From Archaeoglobaceae archaeon (lineage in GTDB: Archaea; Halobacteriota; Archaeoglobi; Archaeoglobales; Archaeoglobaceae): a stretch of DNA of 64,000 nt. Location of the stretch: NCBI GenBank assembly GCA_038734275.1, contig JAVYOO010000005.1, forward strand, positions 31,092 through 95,091, given 5' to 3'. The notes beneath the pieces were generated by a model that was not told the DNA's origin, made no database searches, and saw nothing but the letters and a program-made list of their open reading frames with translations. A program made the translations under genes and the position numbers. The stretch's first letter is position 1. Every line of letters begins with the position of its first letter. This document shows positions 43,626 to 52,475 of this stretch, piece by piece.

Positions 43626-44827
43626 TTCTTCAGAAAGCTAAGAGCTCTCTCACCTACCCTTGTTGGATCCATTCCAAAAACTTCCAACCCTGGCACTATT
43701 ACGCGGACTGTAGGAACTCCGAGCTCTTCTCTCGTCAGATCAACCACTATAGCCCTTTCAAATCCTTTTTTCTTTAGCAAGCTCAACGTGATCTCTATGT
43801 CCTCTCTTAGATCCTCCGTGGAGAACTTTGGAAGCTTGCTGAGCTCGACTTCTTCGCTTCTTTCAAACCAGTGCCTGTTTATCCTTTTCATTCTCTCATA
43901 ACCCGCTCTCCTCATTACTTCAGCCTTTATTGTGTCCTCTCTTGCTCCCTGAATCTGAACAAGCCTGCTCTGGGCAACCTCCAGAATTGCCCTTATGCAT
44001 GCAACTTCAGGCTCAGAATGAGCACCAAAGCCAATCGTTAGCAATGCGGGATCTTTTAAGGTTACGTCGTCGGAAACCGCAGCAACAACAGGAATTTTAA
44101 GATCACTTGTGATGTCTCTCAAGAAAATCTCAACTCCCGCTTTTTTAAATTTTTCAATTAATTCTTGGATCAATGGATCGTCAGTTTCGATCACTTTACC
44201 GCCATTTCTGCAGAGCTCCGCAATGCTCCAGGCATCTCTTTCAACGACTTCCATCAAGCCGTGCAGAATTGCTTCTTCAATAGTATTTCCAGAAGCGAGA
44301 CCATTCGTCGTGGTTCTGAAAAGATGAAAATCGCCAATTGGAGAGTAGGGATGAAATACTGCGCTAACTGGTACAAGAATCTCCTCGTTCTGAAGCAAAT
44401 CATAGCCCCATACCCATCTAAGCACCACATCTTCGTTGAAAGGTGTATCTTTAGGAAGGATCAGCGATTCGGGATCAATTGCATTGTATTCTTCTGAGAT
44501 CTGCCTGTAATTTCCTTTGATTGTCTTCTCATTCCTGAACTCCGCAGAGTATCTCTCGAAGCTCTCCATTATTGCGGAGATCTTTGCCAGAGTCTCTGTC
44601 ATCCCTTTGCCCGAATAAACCGACACAGCTCCTTCAGCTGCAGTCGGCCTTATCGCTGAAAAGATTGGGATTCCTATTCTGTCCAGCCCGGTTATATTTG
44701 CAAGCCTTGTGATTCCAGCGATTTTTATCTTTGGCTCAATCCAGCTTAGAGTTTCTTCAGGCTTTCTCGCTCTATGTGTGCCGTCCTTGAACGCTTTTTT
44801 GACACTTCTGAGCTCAATCTTAGCCAT
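43622..44827 (-). CDS. ycaO: YcaO-domain protein (TfuA-associated, thioamidation-type)
   Basis: 401 aa with ESFERYSAEF and GFGAHSEPEVACIRAILEVAQSR motifs. The layout is that of the methanogenesis-marker-1-type YcaO. Confidence 0.87.
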   Translation of the reverse strand: MAKIELRSVKKAFKDGTHRARKPEETLSWIEPKIKIAGITRLANITGLDRIGIPIFSAIRPTAAEGAVSVYSGKGMTETLAKISAIMESFERYSAEFRNEKTIKGNYRQISEEYNAIDPESLILPKDTPFNEDVVLRWVWGYDLLQNEEILVPVSAVFHPYSPIGDFHLFRTTTNGLASGNTIEEAILHGLMEVVERDAWSIAELCRNGGKVIETDDPLIQELIEKFKKAGVEIFLRDITSDLKIPVVAAVSDDVTLKDPALLTIGFGAHSEPEVACIRAILEVAQSRLVQIQGAREDTIKAEVMRRAGYERMKRINRHWFERSEEVELSKLPKFSTEDLREDIEITLSLLKKKGFERAIVVDLTREELGVPTVRVIVPGLEVFGMDPTRVGERALSFLKK

Positions 44828-44915
44828 CGCTTTTGATTTTAGATCTGGGTTAAAAAGATTAATTGAAAGTTTCTGACAGAAAAATTAACAAAGCTCAACC
44901 CAGATACCAAAATGG

Positions 44916-45218
44916 GTGATTTTATTGATCACTGTGGAACTATTAGAGATTAAAGGAAAGAGAGTTCTCGGATTAAAAGTCGATCTGCCAAAAGCCCCGT
45001 TGCTTTTGATCATCTGCGGAGAAATCGTGATTGGTTGCGGATACATAAGCGTTGAAGCGATGGAAAAGCTCGGAAATTGCGCCTGTGTTGTTAGAGGCGT
45101 TAGAAGCTTCGAGGACATGCTAAATGCAGAGATCTCGGAATTGACTTCAAAAGCTGAAAAGCTTGGAGCAAGAAAAGGCATGAGAGTTCGCGAGCTTTTG
45201 GAAAAGATTGAAGTTTGA
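44916..45218 (+). CDS. DUF1805-like small protein
   Basis: 100 aa with a GTG start. The pattern LLLIICGEIVIGCGYISVEAMEKLGNCACVVRGVRSFEDML is as I recall for DUF1805/YunC-like proteins. Confidence 0.5.
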   Translation: MILLITVELLEIKGKRVLGLKVDLPKAPLLLIICGEIVIGCGYISVEAMEKLGNCACVVRGVRSFEDMLNAEISELTSKAEKLGARKGMRVRELLEKIEV

Positions 45219-45354
45219 TTAATAAAAATATTTGCTAAGAGGTGACAGCTGGTCGAATATCTACTAAACAAGCGTCCTTTTATAGCTCAGATTTGACTTT
45301 GCAACACTCAAAACTTTAAATTTGTTGCAAAGGCTTTGAATACCTTACTTGCGT

Positions 45355-45441
45355 TTGCCAGTGGAATTTTCCGAACTTATCGGTTGTGAAGCGGAGATTT
45401 ACCGTGATAGAGAGTGGTTTTTCATACACATAGTTGGCAAC
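45355..45441. repeat. 87-bp perfect inverted repeat, copy 2 (fragment of the 31418-31870 ORF) on the CRISPR trailer flank
   Basis: It is the exact reverse complement of 31676-31762. The upstream homology is broken by indels, so this copy looks like a gene remnant. Confidence 0.92.
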
Positions 45442-45500
45442 TTAGGAGTATTCTGAATGAAAGATAAAACTCCAAGGCCTTCAAAACGAGAATCTACTGT

Positions 45501-48460
45501 CTTTCAATCCCATTTTGGTCTGATTTCAACATCTTTGCAATGAGCTTTGAGAGCAACAAAAAATACCTTTCAATCCCATTTTGGTCTGATTTCAACAGGC
45601 ATTCGTCCTGGTTAGCTTTTTTTATCCTACACAGCTTTCAATCCCATTTTGGTCTGATTTCAACCTTTTTTTATGACTGGTGCAGAAGAAGAAAAAAAAG
45701 CTTTCAATCCCATTTTGGTCTGATTTCAACTGGCTCGTATACGTAATCGAACCAGTTTTTCGGATTTTCCTTTCAATCCCATTTTGGTCTGATTTCAACA
45801 AATTGTGCTTAACGATGGTCATTATGTTAGAGTAACTTTCAATCCCATTTTGGTCTGATTTCAACTGTAAAAGCAGTTTCGAACACGAAGTCACACAATA
45901 CACTTTCAATCCCATTTTGGTCTGATTTCAACCGAATATCTTGCAAACGAAAAATCTAACTTTACGAAGCTTTCAATCCCATTTTGGTCTGATTTCAACG
46001 GTATAGAGAATTTAGCAGCCCCCCCTGAAATTGCAATCTTTCAATCCCATTTTGGTCTGATTTCAACGGCTTTGGCAGGGACTCCCATCGGTAGCATTGG
46101 CGGCTTTCAATCCCATTTTGGTCTGATTTCAACTGTTTAATCGTTTGTTCTACAAGAGCTATTATCTCTTCCTTTCAATCCCATTTTGGTCTGATTTCAA
46201 CTAAACACTGGTGGGAGCAGGTATTGTTTTGTTTCGTTCTTTCAATCCCATTTTGGTCTGATTTCAACCAACCTGCAAGGTGCCTCCAGGGCCTTTTTTA
46301 AAGCTTTCAATCCCATTTTGGTCTGATTTCAACTTGGGATAAGGGTTGAGCTGAGAAGGAGCAAAACCTTCCGCCTTTCAATCCCATTTTGGTCTGATTT
46401 CAACGAGATATCTTGGTTGGTGCAGTATGTTTGCTTATAGCTTTCAATCCCATTTTGGTCTGATTTCAACATGAAACTGCTGAATAGAAGTAATCCGCAA
46501 CTTCAATTGAAAGCTTTCAATCCCATTTTGGTCTGATTTCAACTTTCAACGAGAAGCTAGTGGTACTAGCATGGCATGTCCACATGCAGCTGGTGTCTTT
46601 CAATCCCATTTTGGTCTGATTTCAACCAATTTGACGCCCGGTGAGCTGAGCGGGGCGATTGCCTTTCAATCCCATTTTGGTCTGATTTCAACACTATTCC
46701 CTGCTTTACACGCCACAGGCTTTGAAGACCTTTCAATCCCATTTTGGTCTGATTTCAACTGGCGATATCTTGTGGTTAACAACATACGTTAAAGCACTTT
46801 CAATCCCATTTTGGTCTGATTTCAACGAATGTTACTGCCAGCGTCTTACTTTGTCCTGAATTACTTTCAATCCCATTTTGGTCTGATTTCAACTTTTGTG
46901 CAGTTCTCCCTACCCCAAAAAAGGGGTAGAATCTTTCAATCCCATTTTGGTCTGATTTCAACTTCGAATACATCGCAATTTTGGACAGTGGCGAGGTTTA
47001 TGACTTTCAATCCCATTTTGGTCTGATTTCAACCTAAAAGTTGCATATCCTCGAGGGCAAGTTGTGACTGTCTTTCAATCCCATTTTGGTCTGATTTCAA
47101 CATATAACGCTTGGGGCGAAGGAAGATATACTGTGGACTTTCAATCCCATTTTGGTCTGATTTCAACAAAGAGGGACATTTGTGAATAGGAATCTCGTAT
47201 TTATATCTTTCAATCCCATTTTGGTCTGATTTCAACGAGAATTGGCAAGCTCATCCTCTACAGAAACAAAATCCCTTTCAATCCCATTTTGGTCTGATTT
47301 CAACCTGGATAGAAGTCCACCCGATCTTTTATTTTACGTGGCTTTCAATCCCATTTTGGTCTGATTTCAACAGAAGCTGATAAAGGATAGCTTCGAGGTC
47401 AAGATTCCCTTTCAATCCCATTTTGGTCTGATTTCAACTCTTATTTTAAATTAGCTTTATGGAAGTTGAGATAAACTTTCAATCCCATTTTGGTCTGATT
47501 TCAACTTACAGTAACAGGAAAAGCAAAAATAATGTTGGTGGACTTTCAATCCCATTTTGGTCTGATTTCAACCTCTCATAAGCCCTTAGAAAGCCATCTT
47601 GTCCGCAGACCTTTCAATCCCATTTTGGTCTGATTTCAACACGAGTTTGGAGACATTGAAGGCTATGAATACTTTGCCTTTCAATCCCATTTTGGTCTGA
47701 TTTCAACCTGCCTACATAGCTTACAAACCGCCTTATTGGTCTACCTTTCAATCCCATTTTGGTCTGATTTCAACCCTTCCAGTTGCCAAATACAACTTGG
47801 TCGCCGAGTTTATTTCTTTCAATCCCATTTTGGTCTGATTTCAACAAATATATCTCAACGGGCAGAAGATTGGCAAAACTGGCTTTCAATCCCATTTTGG
47901 TCTGATTTCAACTTTCAACGAGGAATATGTTGGGCAAGCAAACTCATGTCTCTTTTCTTTCAATCCCATTTTGGTCTGATTTCAACTCCCCTTCTTCGTT
48001 ATAATACCAAAGCATAGTGAAATCTTTCAATCCCATTTTGGTCTGATTTCAACAAGATTCTGCCTACATAGCTTACAAACCGCCTTATTGGTCTACTTTC
48101 AATCCCATTTTGGTCTGATTTCAACGTGGCTCATTAAACTCTCCGCAAACTCCGCAAACAACCTTTCAATCCCATTTTGGTCTGATTTCAACAAGTGGCT
48201 GTGCTTCTTACCTTTAATGCTTTTAAAAACTTTCAATCCCATTTTGGTCTGATTTCAACTCAAAAATTTCGTGAAGTTTATCAGATCGTGGAGAGTCTTT
48301 CAATCCCATTTTGGTCTGATTTCAACCTAATTATTTGGAGGATGCTATTGTAAGTGTGAGTGGCTTTCAATCCCATTTTGGTCTGATTTCAACTTTGCTC
48401 GTCAAAAGTCTTTCTTAAGTAGCTTCTTTGCTTTCAATCCCATTTTGGTCTGATTTCAAC
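45501..48460 (-). CRISPR. CRISPR array: 44 x 30-nt repeat CTTTCAATCCCATTTTGGTCTGATTTCAAC (plus strand), 43 spacers of 36-53 nt (mode 37)
   Basis: I located the repeats one by one and noticed no variant repeat. The reverse complement GTTGAAATCAGACCAAAATGGGATTGAAAG ends in the ATTGAAAG 8-nt crRNA handle, so transcription is on the minus strand from the 48.5-kb side. Confidence 0.97.
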
Positions 48461-48893
48461 CCTCATGAATTTTTACTTCTTTCTCAATTTAAAGCTTTCT
48501 AATGCCTTCTTTTATTTATATACTCTCGCAAACCTCCAAAGTTGCAACTCATTTATAAAGGTGTGCGACTTTTTTCTTCGCATTCTTTTTGAATTTAATC
48601 ACTTTTAAAAAGCTTTTTTAAAAATCAAATAAATTTCATCAGGGTAGAGCTTAAGAATAAAAATAGTAGAGCTCAGATTGGCAAAAGGAGGAAGTATAAA
48701 AAATAAATCTTTGTAATAATAAAGCGAAATTTTATCGCGTGCGACTTGCTATTTGGGCTTCGATTTTGATTTAAGGCTTTTAAAAGGTTTTTTGCTGAGT
48801 TTTAAGGAATTTGCTCAGGGATTAATTTAAATAATTGAAGGACTTTGTAATTCAAAAGAACAGTAAAACTCTCGTTTAAGAGTTGATAAATAT
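48461..48893 (-). promoter_or_regulatory. CRISPR leader (AT-rich, about 430 bp) containing two diverged tandem units
   Basis: This is non-coding AT-rich DNA abutting the repeat at the inferred 5' end of the array. It contains an internal imperfect duplication at about 48563-48665 and 48739-48840. Confidence 0.6.
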
Positions 48894-49667
48894 CTAAATA
48901 CGACTTTTTATCCTTTTTACTTCCTCCACGATCTTTGGCAGTATCTCACCAGCCTTTCCATAGAATACGACGTCAAATATGTGGTCTGCAACAGTTGATT
49001 CTGCATTTATTAGTATCATCTTTGCCCCATTGCTCTTCGCTATGTATGGAAGCTCCGCCGCAGGATAAACGACAAGGCTTGAGCCTACAACCAGAAAGGC
49101 ATCAGCTCTCCTCGACTCCTCGATTGCCTGATATAGCACTGTCGATGGCAGGGGTTCGCCAAAAAGAACAACTTTTGGCTTTACGTAATAACTTCCGCAG
49201 TGTTTGCACTTCGGTATATCGCTATTCTGAAGCAAATCCGAAAAATCCTCCCAGCTATATTCTTTGCGACAGTCAAGGCATTTTAATTTCTCTATGCTTC
49301 CATGTAGCTCGTAAACCTTTTTGCTTCCCGCTCTCTGATGGAGCATGTCAATATTTTGAGTTATTACTGCCTTAACAATTCCCATTTTTTCAAGTTCTGC
49401 GATTGCATAATGGGCGGGATTTGGTTCAGCGGAAGTATTTTTCATGAGCTCCATCGAGAATTCCCAGAAAGCTCTTGGATTTCTTCTAAATCCCTGAATT
49501 GAAGCAACTTCTTCTGGGTCATACTTTCTCCATAACCCATCTTCACCACGGAAAGTTGGAATACCGCTCTCCGCAGATATTCCCGCTCCAGTAAAAACTA
49601 CCGCATTCTTCGATTTTGCCAAAATTTCCGCTGAGAGTTTTATTTTATCATCAATACCATTAGGCAT
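48894..49667 (-). CDS. cobB: NAD-dependent protein deacylase, SIR2 family (sirtuin)
   Basis: It has GAGISAESGIPTFRG, the QNID.LH motif and a Zn ribbon (CLDC...CKHCG). The length is 257 aa. Confidence 0.9.
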   Translation of the reverse strand: MPNGIDDKIKLSAEILAKSKNAVVFTGAGISAESGIPTFRGEDGLWRKYDPEEVASIQGFRRNPRAFWEFSMELMKNTSAEPNPAHYAIAELEKMGIVKAVITQNIDMLHQRAGSKKVYELHGSIEKLKCLDCRKEYSWEDFSDLLQNSDIPKCKHCGSYYVKPKVVLFGEPLPSTVLYQAIEESRRADAFLVVGSSLVVYPAAELPYIAKSNGAKMILINAESTVADHIFDVVFYGKAGEILPKIVEEVKRIKSRI

Positions 49668-49680
49668 AAAATTCGTTTAA

Positions 49681-50052
49681 TTGGAAATTAAAAAACTTTG
49701 CTGTTCACTGCGGGTTTTGGAATGCTATAAAGAGAGGGCTGGGAAACGAAAACTTAATAATTTGGTTTGCAAAATTCTCAAGGTGTCGAGCTGGGAGGAG
49801 TATTCAAAGAGCATTGAAAAGAGCAAGGAGTATCACGAACGCTATCATCGTGCGGTAAATCATCCGATAAGGAAGGAAATATTAAAGCTGATTCTAAAGG
49901 GTCTAAGCGAAGAACAGATAGCAAGAGAACTCAATTTATCAAGCTCGGAACTCAATTATCACCTTCAGGTTCTCCTTCAGGGATTCTGCATAAAGAGAGT
50001 TGACGGAAAGCTCGTTTTGACACAGGAGGGGAGAGTAGTTGAGCACATCTAA
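49681..50052 (+). CDS. ArsR-family winged-helix transcriptional regulator
   Basis: The segment AVNHPIRKEILKLILKG-LSEEQIARELNLSSSELNYHLQVL is a typical ArsR HTH. The start is uncertain (TTG at 49681 or an internal GTG near 49784). Confidence 0.6.
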   Translation: MEIKKLCCSLRVLECYKERAGKRKLNNLVCKILKVSSWEEYSKSIEKSKEYHERYHRAVNHPIRKEILKLILKGLSEEQIARELNLSSSELNYHLQVLLQGFCIKRVDGKLVLTQEGRVVEHI

Positions 50053-50815
50053 GCTTCGAATTGCCTTAGCCCAGCAGAAAATAGCTCCTGACAGAGAAGC
50101 GAATCTTATGAAAGGTTTGAGCCTGATTAAGAGAGCACTGCAAGTTAAAGCGAATTTGGTTATCCTTCCGGAACTTTTTAACACTGGACTTTATGAAAAC
50201 TGCCTCTTGTCGGTTGAAAAGCTCGAAAAAGAGCTGGAAATGATCCTGAAACTTTCAAAAGAAAGGGATCTGGTAATCGTTGTGGGAGTCGCTGAGAAAA
50301 GCGACGCCTTATACGATTCAGCAGTCATTATAAACCGGGGAGAGATCTTGGGCATTCACAGAAAAAATCTTCTCTTTCCGCTCAACAGGGAAAAGGAATT
50401 TTTCAAGTCCGGAAATAGGCTCGAGGTCTTTGAAACTCCCATAGGTAGAATTGGTGTTTTGATCTGCTACGAAATAAGATTTCCAGAACTTGCAAGGAAA
50501 TTGATGAAGAAAGGAGCTGAGATCATCGCTGTGCCTGCGGAGTTTCCAAAGCAGAGAATTGAGCACTGGAAGACATTGCTGAGGGCAAGAGCGATAGAAA
50601 ACCAGCTATTCGTTGCGGGTGTTAACTGCGTTGAAGGGGATCTCGACTACGGGGGCAACTCAATGCTTGTCGATCCTGAAGGAAAAGTGCTTTTGGAAGC
50701 GGGGATCTATCAGGAAGTCCTGATGGCGGACATAGATCTGTCGGATGTTCAGAAAACGCGGGAAAAGCTTCCTTTTTTAAAGGACTATGAGAGTCTTGAT
50801 CCTTCGTCCCGCTGA
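50039..50815 (+). CDS. carbon-nitrogen hydrolase (nitrilase superfamily)
   Basis: Catalytic triad context is present: LPELF (Glu), a Lys region, and VLICYEIRFPE (Cys). The length is 258 aa. Confidence 0.8.
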   Translation: MSTSKLRIALAQQKIAPDREANLMKGLSLIKRALQVKANLVILPELFNTGLYENCLLSVEKLEKELEMILKLSKERDLVIVVGVAEKSDALYDSAVIINRGEILGIHRKNLLFPLNREKEFFKSGNRLEVFETPIGRIGVLICYEIRFPELARKLMKKGAEIIAVPAEFPKQRIEHWKTLLRARAIENQLFVAGVNCVEGDLDYGGNSMLVDPEGKVLLEAGIYQEVLMADIDLSDVQKTREKLPFLKDYESLDPSSR

Positions 50816-51488
50816 GCTTCTCAGCGAGACTGTCGAAATGTTCAGAAAAGCGGGAATCGAAGCTTACGGATGCCCATTTGTCGCATTGCGGTATGAGAAC
50901 TTTCAGGTGCCCCCGCATGACTTTGCAATAGTTACGAGCCAGAATTCTGCGAGAGAAATAGCCAAAAGGGGAATAAAGCTTGAAAAAGTCATTGCAATCG
51001 GAAAAAAGACCGCAGAGATTCTAAAAAATGCGGGCTATGAAGTTCTTGTGCCAAAGAGATTCGAGTCGGGTGCCATCGTTGAGGAATTCAAAGAGCTTCT
51101 AAAGGGCAAAAGGGTTGTAGCGATTCGTAGCGATCAGGGAAGCGATGTTTTGCGAAGAATTTCTGAATTTGCAGACTACAGCGAAGTATTTGCTTACAGA
51201 ATTGTCAAGCTAAAGGGGGAGGAGCAAAAAAAGGAGATAGAAAAAGTCAAATCTGGATTTTATGATGCAATTGTGTTCTCAAGCAGAATGATTGCGGAAA
51301 GCTTTCTTGATAATTGCGACGAAGAGTGCATCAAAAAACTCCGTAAAATTGTTCTTATTGCTATTGGAACACCAACCGCAGAGTTTCTTGAAAAAAGAGG
51401 TCTCTCGGCAATAATTCCAGATGAGTTTACATTTGAGGGAATAAAGAAGCTCATTAAAGCCCTAAAAGGTGCAAATTCCCGATGTTAA
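50787..51488 (+). CDS. hemD: uroporphyrinogen-III synthase
   Basis: It is a two-lobed HemD-like sequence (MRVLILRP..., IVTSQNSA, VFSSRMIAESF). The length is 233 aa. Confidence 0.7.
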   Translation: MRVLILRPAELLSETVEMFRKAGIEAYGCPFVALRYENFQVPPHDFAIVTSQNSAREIAKRGIKLEKVIAIGKKTAEILKNAGYEVLVPKRFESGAIVEEFKELLKGKRVVAIRSDQGSDVLRRISEFADYSEVFAYRIVKLKGEEQKKEIEKVKSGFYDAIVFSSRMIAESFLDNCDEECIKKLRKIVLIAIGTPTAEFLEKRGLSAIIPDEFTFEGIKKLIKALKGANSRC

Positions 51489-52386
51489 CGTTCCTGAGAT
51501 GCTTTTTTGCAGTTTTATAGCATTTCATCACCTGTTCTCTTGGTGTAACTGGAAGATCTGTTAGCTTATAATCCGGATGGAAAACGAGGAGGCTATATGG
51601 AATTTTCTCGCTGATAGAGGCTATAAAGCTTGCAATACCGTTGATCTCGGATTCATCAACGTAGTATGGCACCAGCAAAGTTGTGGCTGATAAAACTTCG
51701 GGAAATCGTTCACCAATGAGTTCAAAGTTTTTTCTAACTCTTTCAGGACTTCTTCCAGTTAGAAGCAAATGCAATGGCTCACTCCACGCTTTTAGATCGA
51801 ACTTCACGGTTCCTTTAGACTTACTGCTAATCTCTGCACTCTTTAAAGCCAAAGCGGAATTTCCCGCTCCATTCCATTCCCAGCAGATCATGATGTCTTC
51901 TCTAAGCTCTAAAGCTTTTCTGCTGAATTTCAATGCAAAAGGAAGCTGAGGTTCTGGAGATCCGCCGAAGTGGCAGATGCATTTCACTCTTTTTTGCTGA
52001 ACCGCTTGCAAAAGCTCTTCAAGACTTACGAAATTCCGATTCACGTTCTTGTGGCTCCAGTTCTGGCAAAAAACGCAGTCAAAGTTGCAACCGTAATAAA
52101 AAACAGCCATATTCGTCCCGGAGAGCTTGCTACCGCTGCAGAACCAAGAGTTACAGCAGTTCGTAGGCAAGGGATCCTCGTAGTAGATCAGATTGCCATA
52201 AAGGGGTTTTCCGCATAGAGCGAGCTCTTTGCATTCGTTTGCACAGAGCTTACAGGTTTTTACGAATGCTCCTTTCTTGGGATGAATTTTATCCAGCAGG
52301 CTTAATGATTTCTCAGACCTTGCACAATCAACGCAAACACCAAGGAATTTAGAAGGAGCATTTTTTCCGCAGAACTTGCATTCCAT
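51454..52386 (-). CDS. radical SAM protein (PflA / AmmeMemoRadiSam-like) with N-terminal Zn ribbon
   Basis: It has a CX3CX2C motif in GCNFDCVFCQNW. The N-terminus is CKFCGK...CVDC. Confidence 0.8.
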   Translation of the reverse strand: MECKFCGKNAPSKFLGVCVDCARSEKSLSLLDKIHPKKGAFVKTCKLCANECKELALCGKPLYGNLIYYEDPLPTNCCNSWFCSGSKLSGTNMAVFYYGCNFDCVFCQNWSHKNVNRNFVSLEELLQAVQQKRVKCICHFGGSPEPQLPFALKFSRKALELREDIMICWEWNGAGNSALALKSAEISSKSKGTVKFDLKAWSEPLHLLLTGRSPERVRKNFELIGERFPEVLSATTLLVPYYVDESEINGIASFIASISEKIPYSLLVFHPDYKLTDLPVTPREQVMKCYKTAKKHLRNVNIGNLHLLGL

Positions 52387-52475
52387 AAACTTAGTCTCCG
52401 CATAGTTTTAAAGATTTCGAAAATTCTGCAGTTTTTCGCTGAAGAAAATTAATATACTGCCAAAAAACTTTTGAC

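Noticed and set aside
44885-45271. A 128-aa minus-strand ORF
   Set aside because: It is antisense to the DUF1805-like CDS, and its translation is Ser/Phe-rich and low in complexity.
45540-48017. Several 65-97 aa ORFs on both strands (e.g. 45540-45746, 45622-45915, 46571-46792, 46829-47026, 47029-47235, 47736-48017), with recurring peptide motifs such as FQSHFGLIST and LKSDQNGIE
   Set aside because: They are translations of the CRISPR repeat itself. The recurring peptides are the repeat read in different frames, so these are not genes.
48894-49667. A SIR2-domain gene directly abutting the CRISPR leader, considered as a possible defence effector (Thoeris, DSR or SIR2-HerA type)
   Set aside because: The protein is a compact 257-aa canonical sirtuin with the Zn-ribbon CxxC pairs and GAGISAESGIPTFRG. 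It has no fused sensor or effector domains and no partner gene. It fits a housekeeping CobB/Sir2 deacylase.
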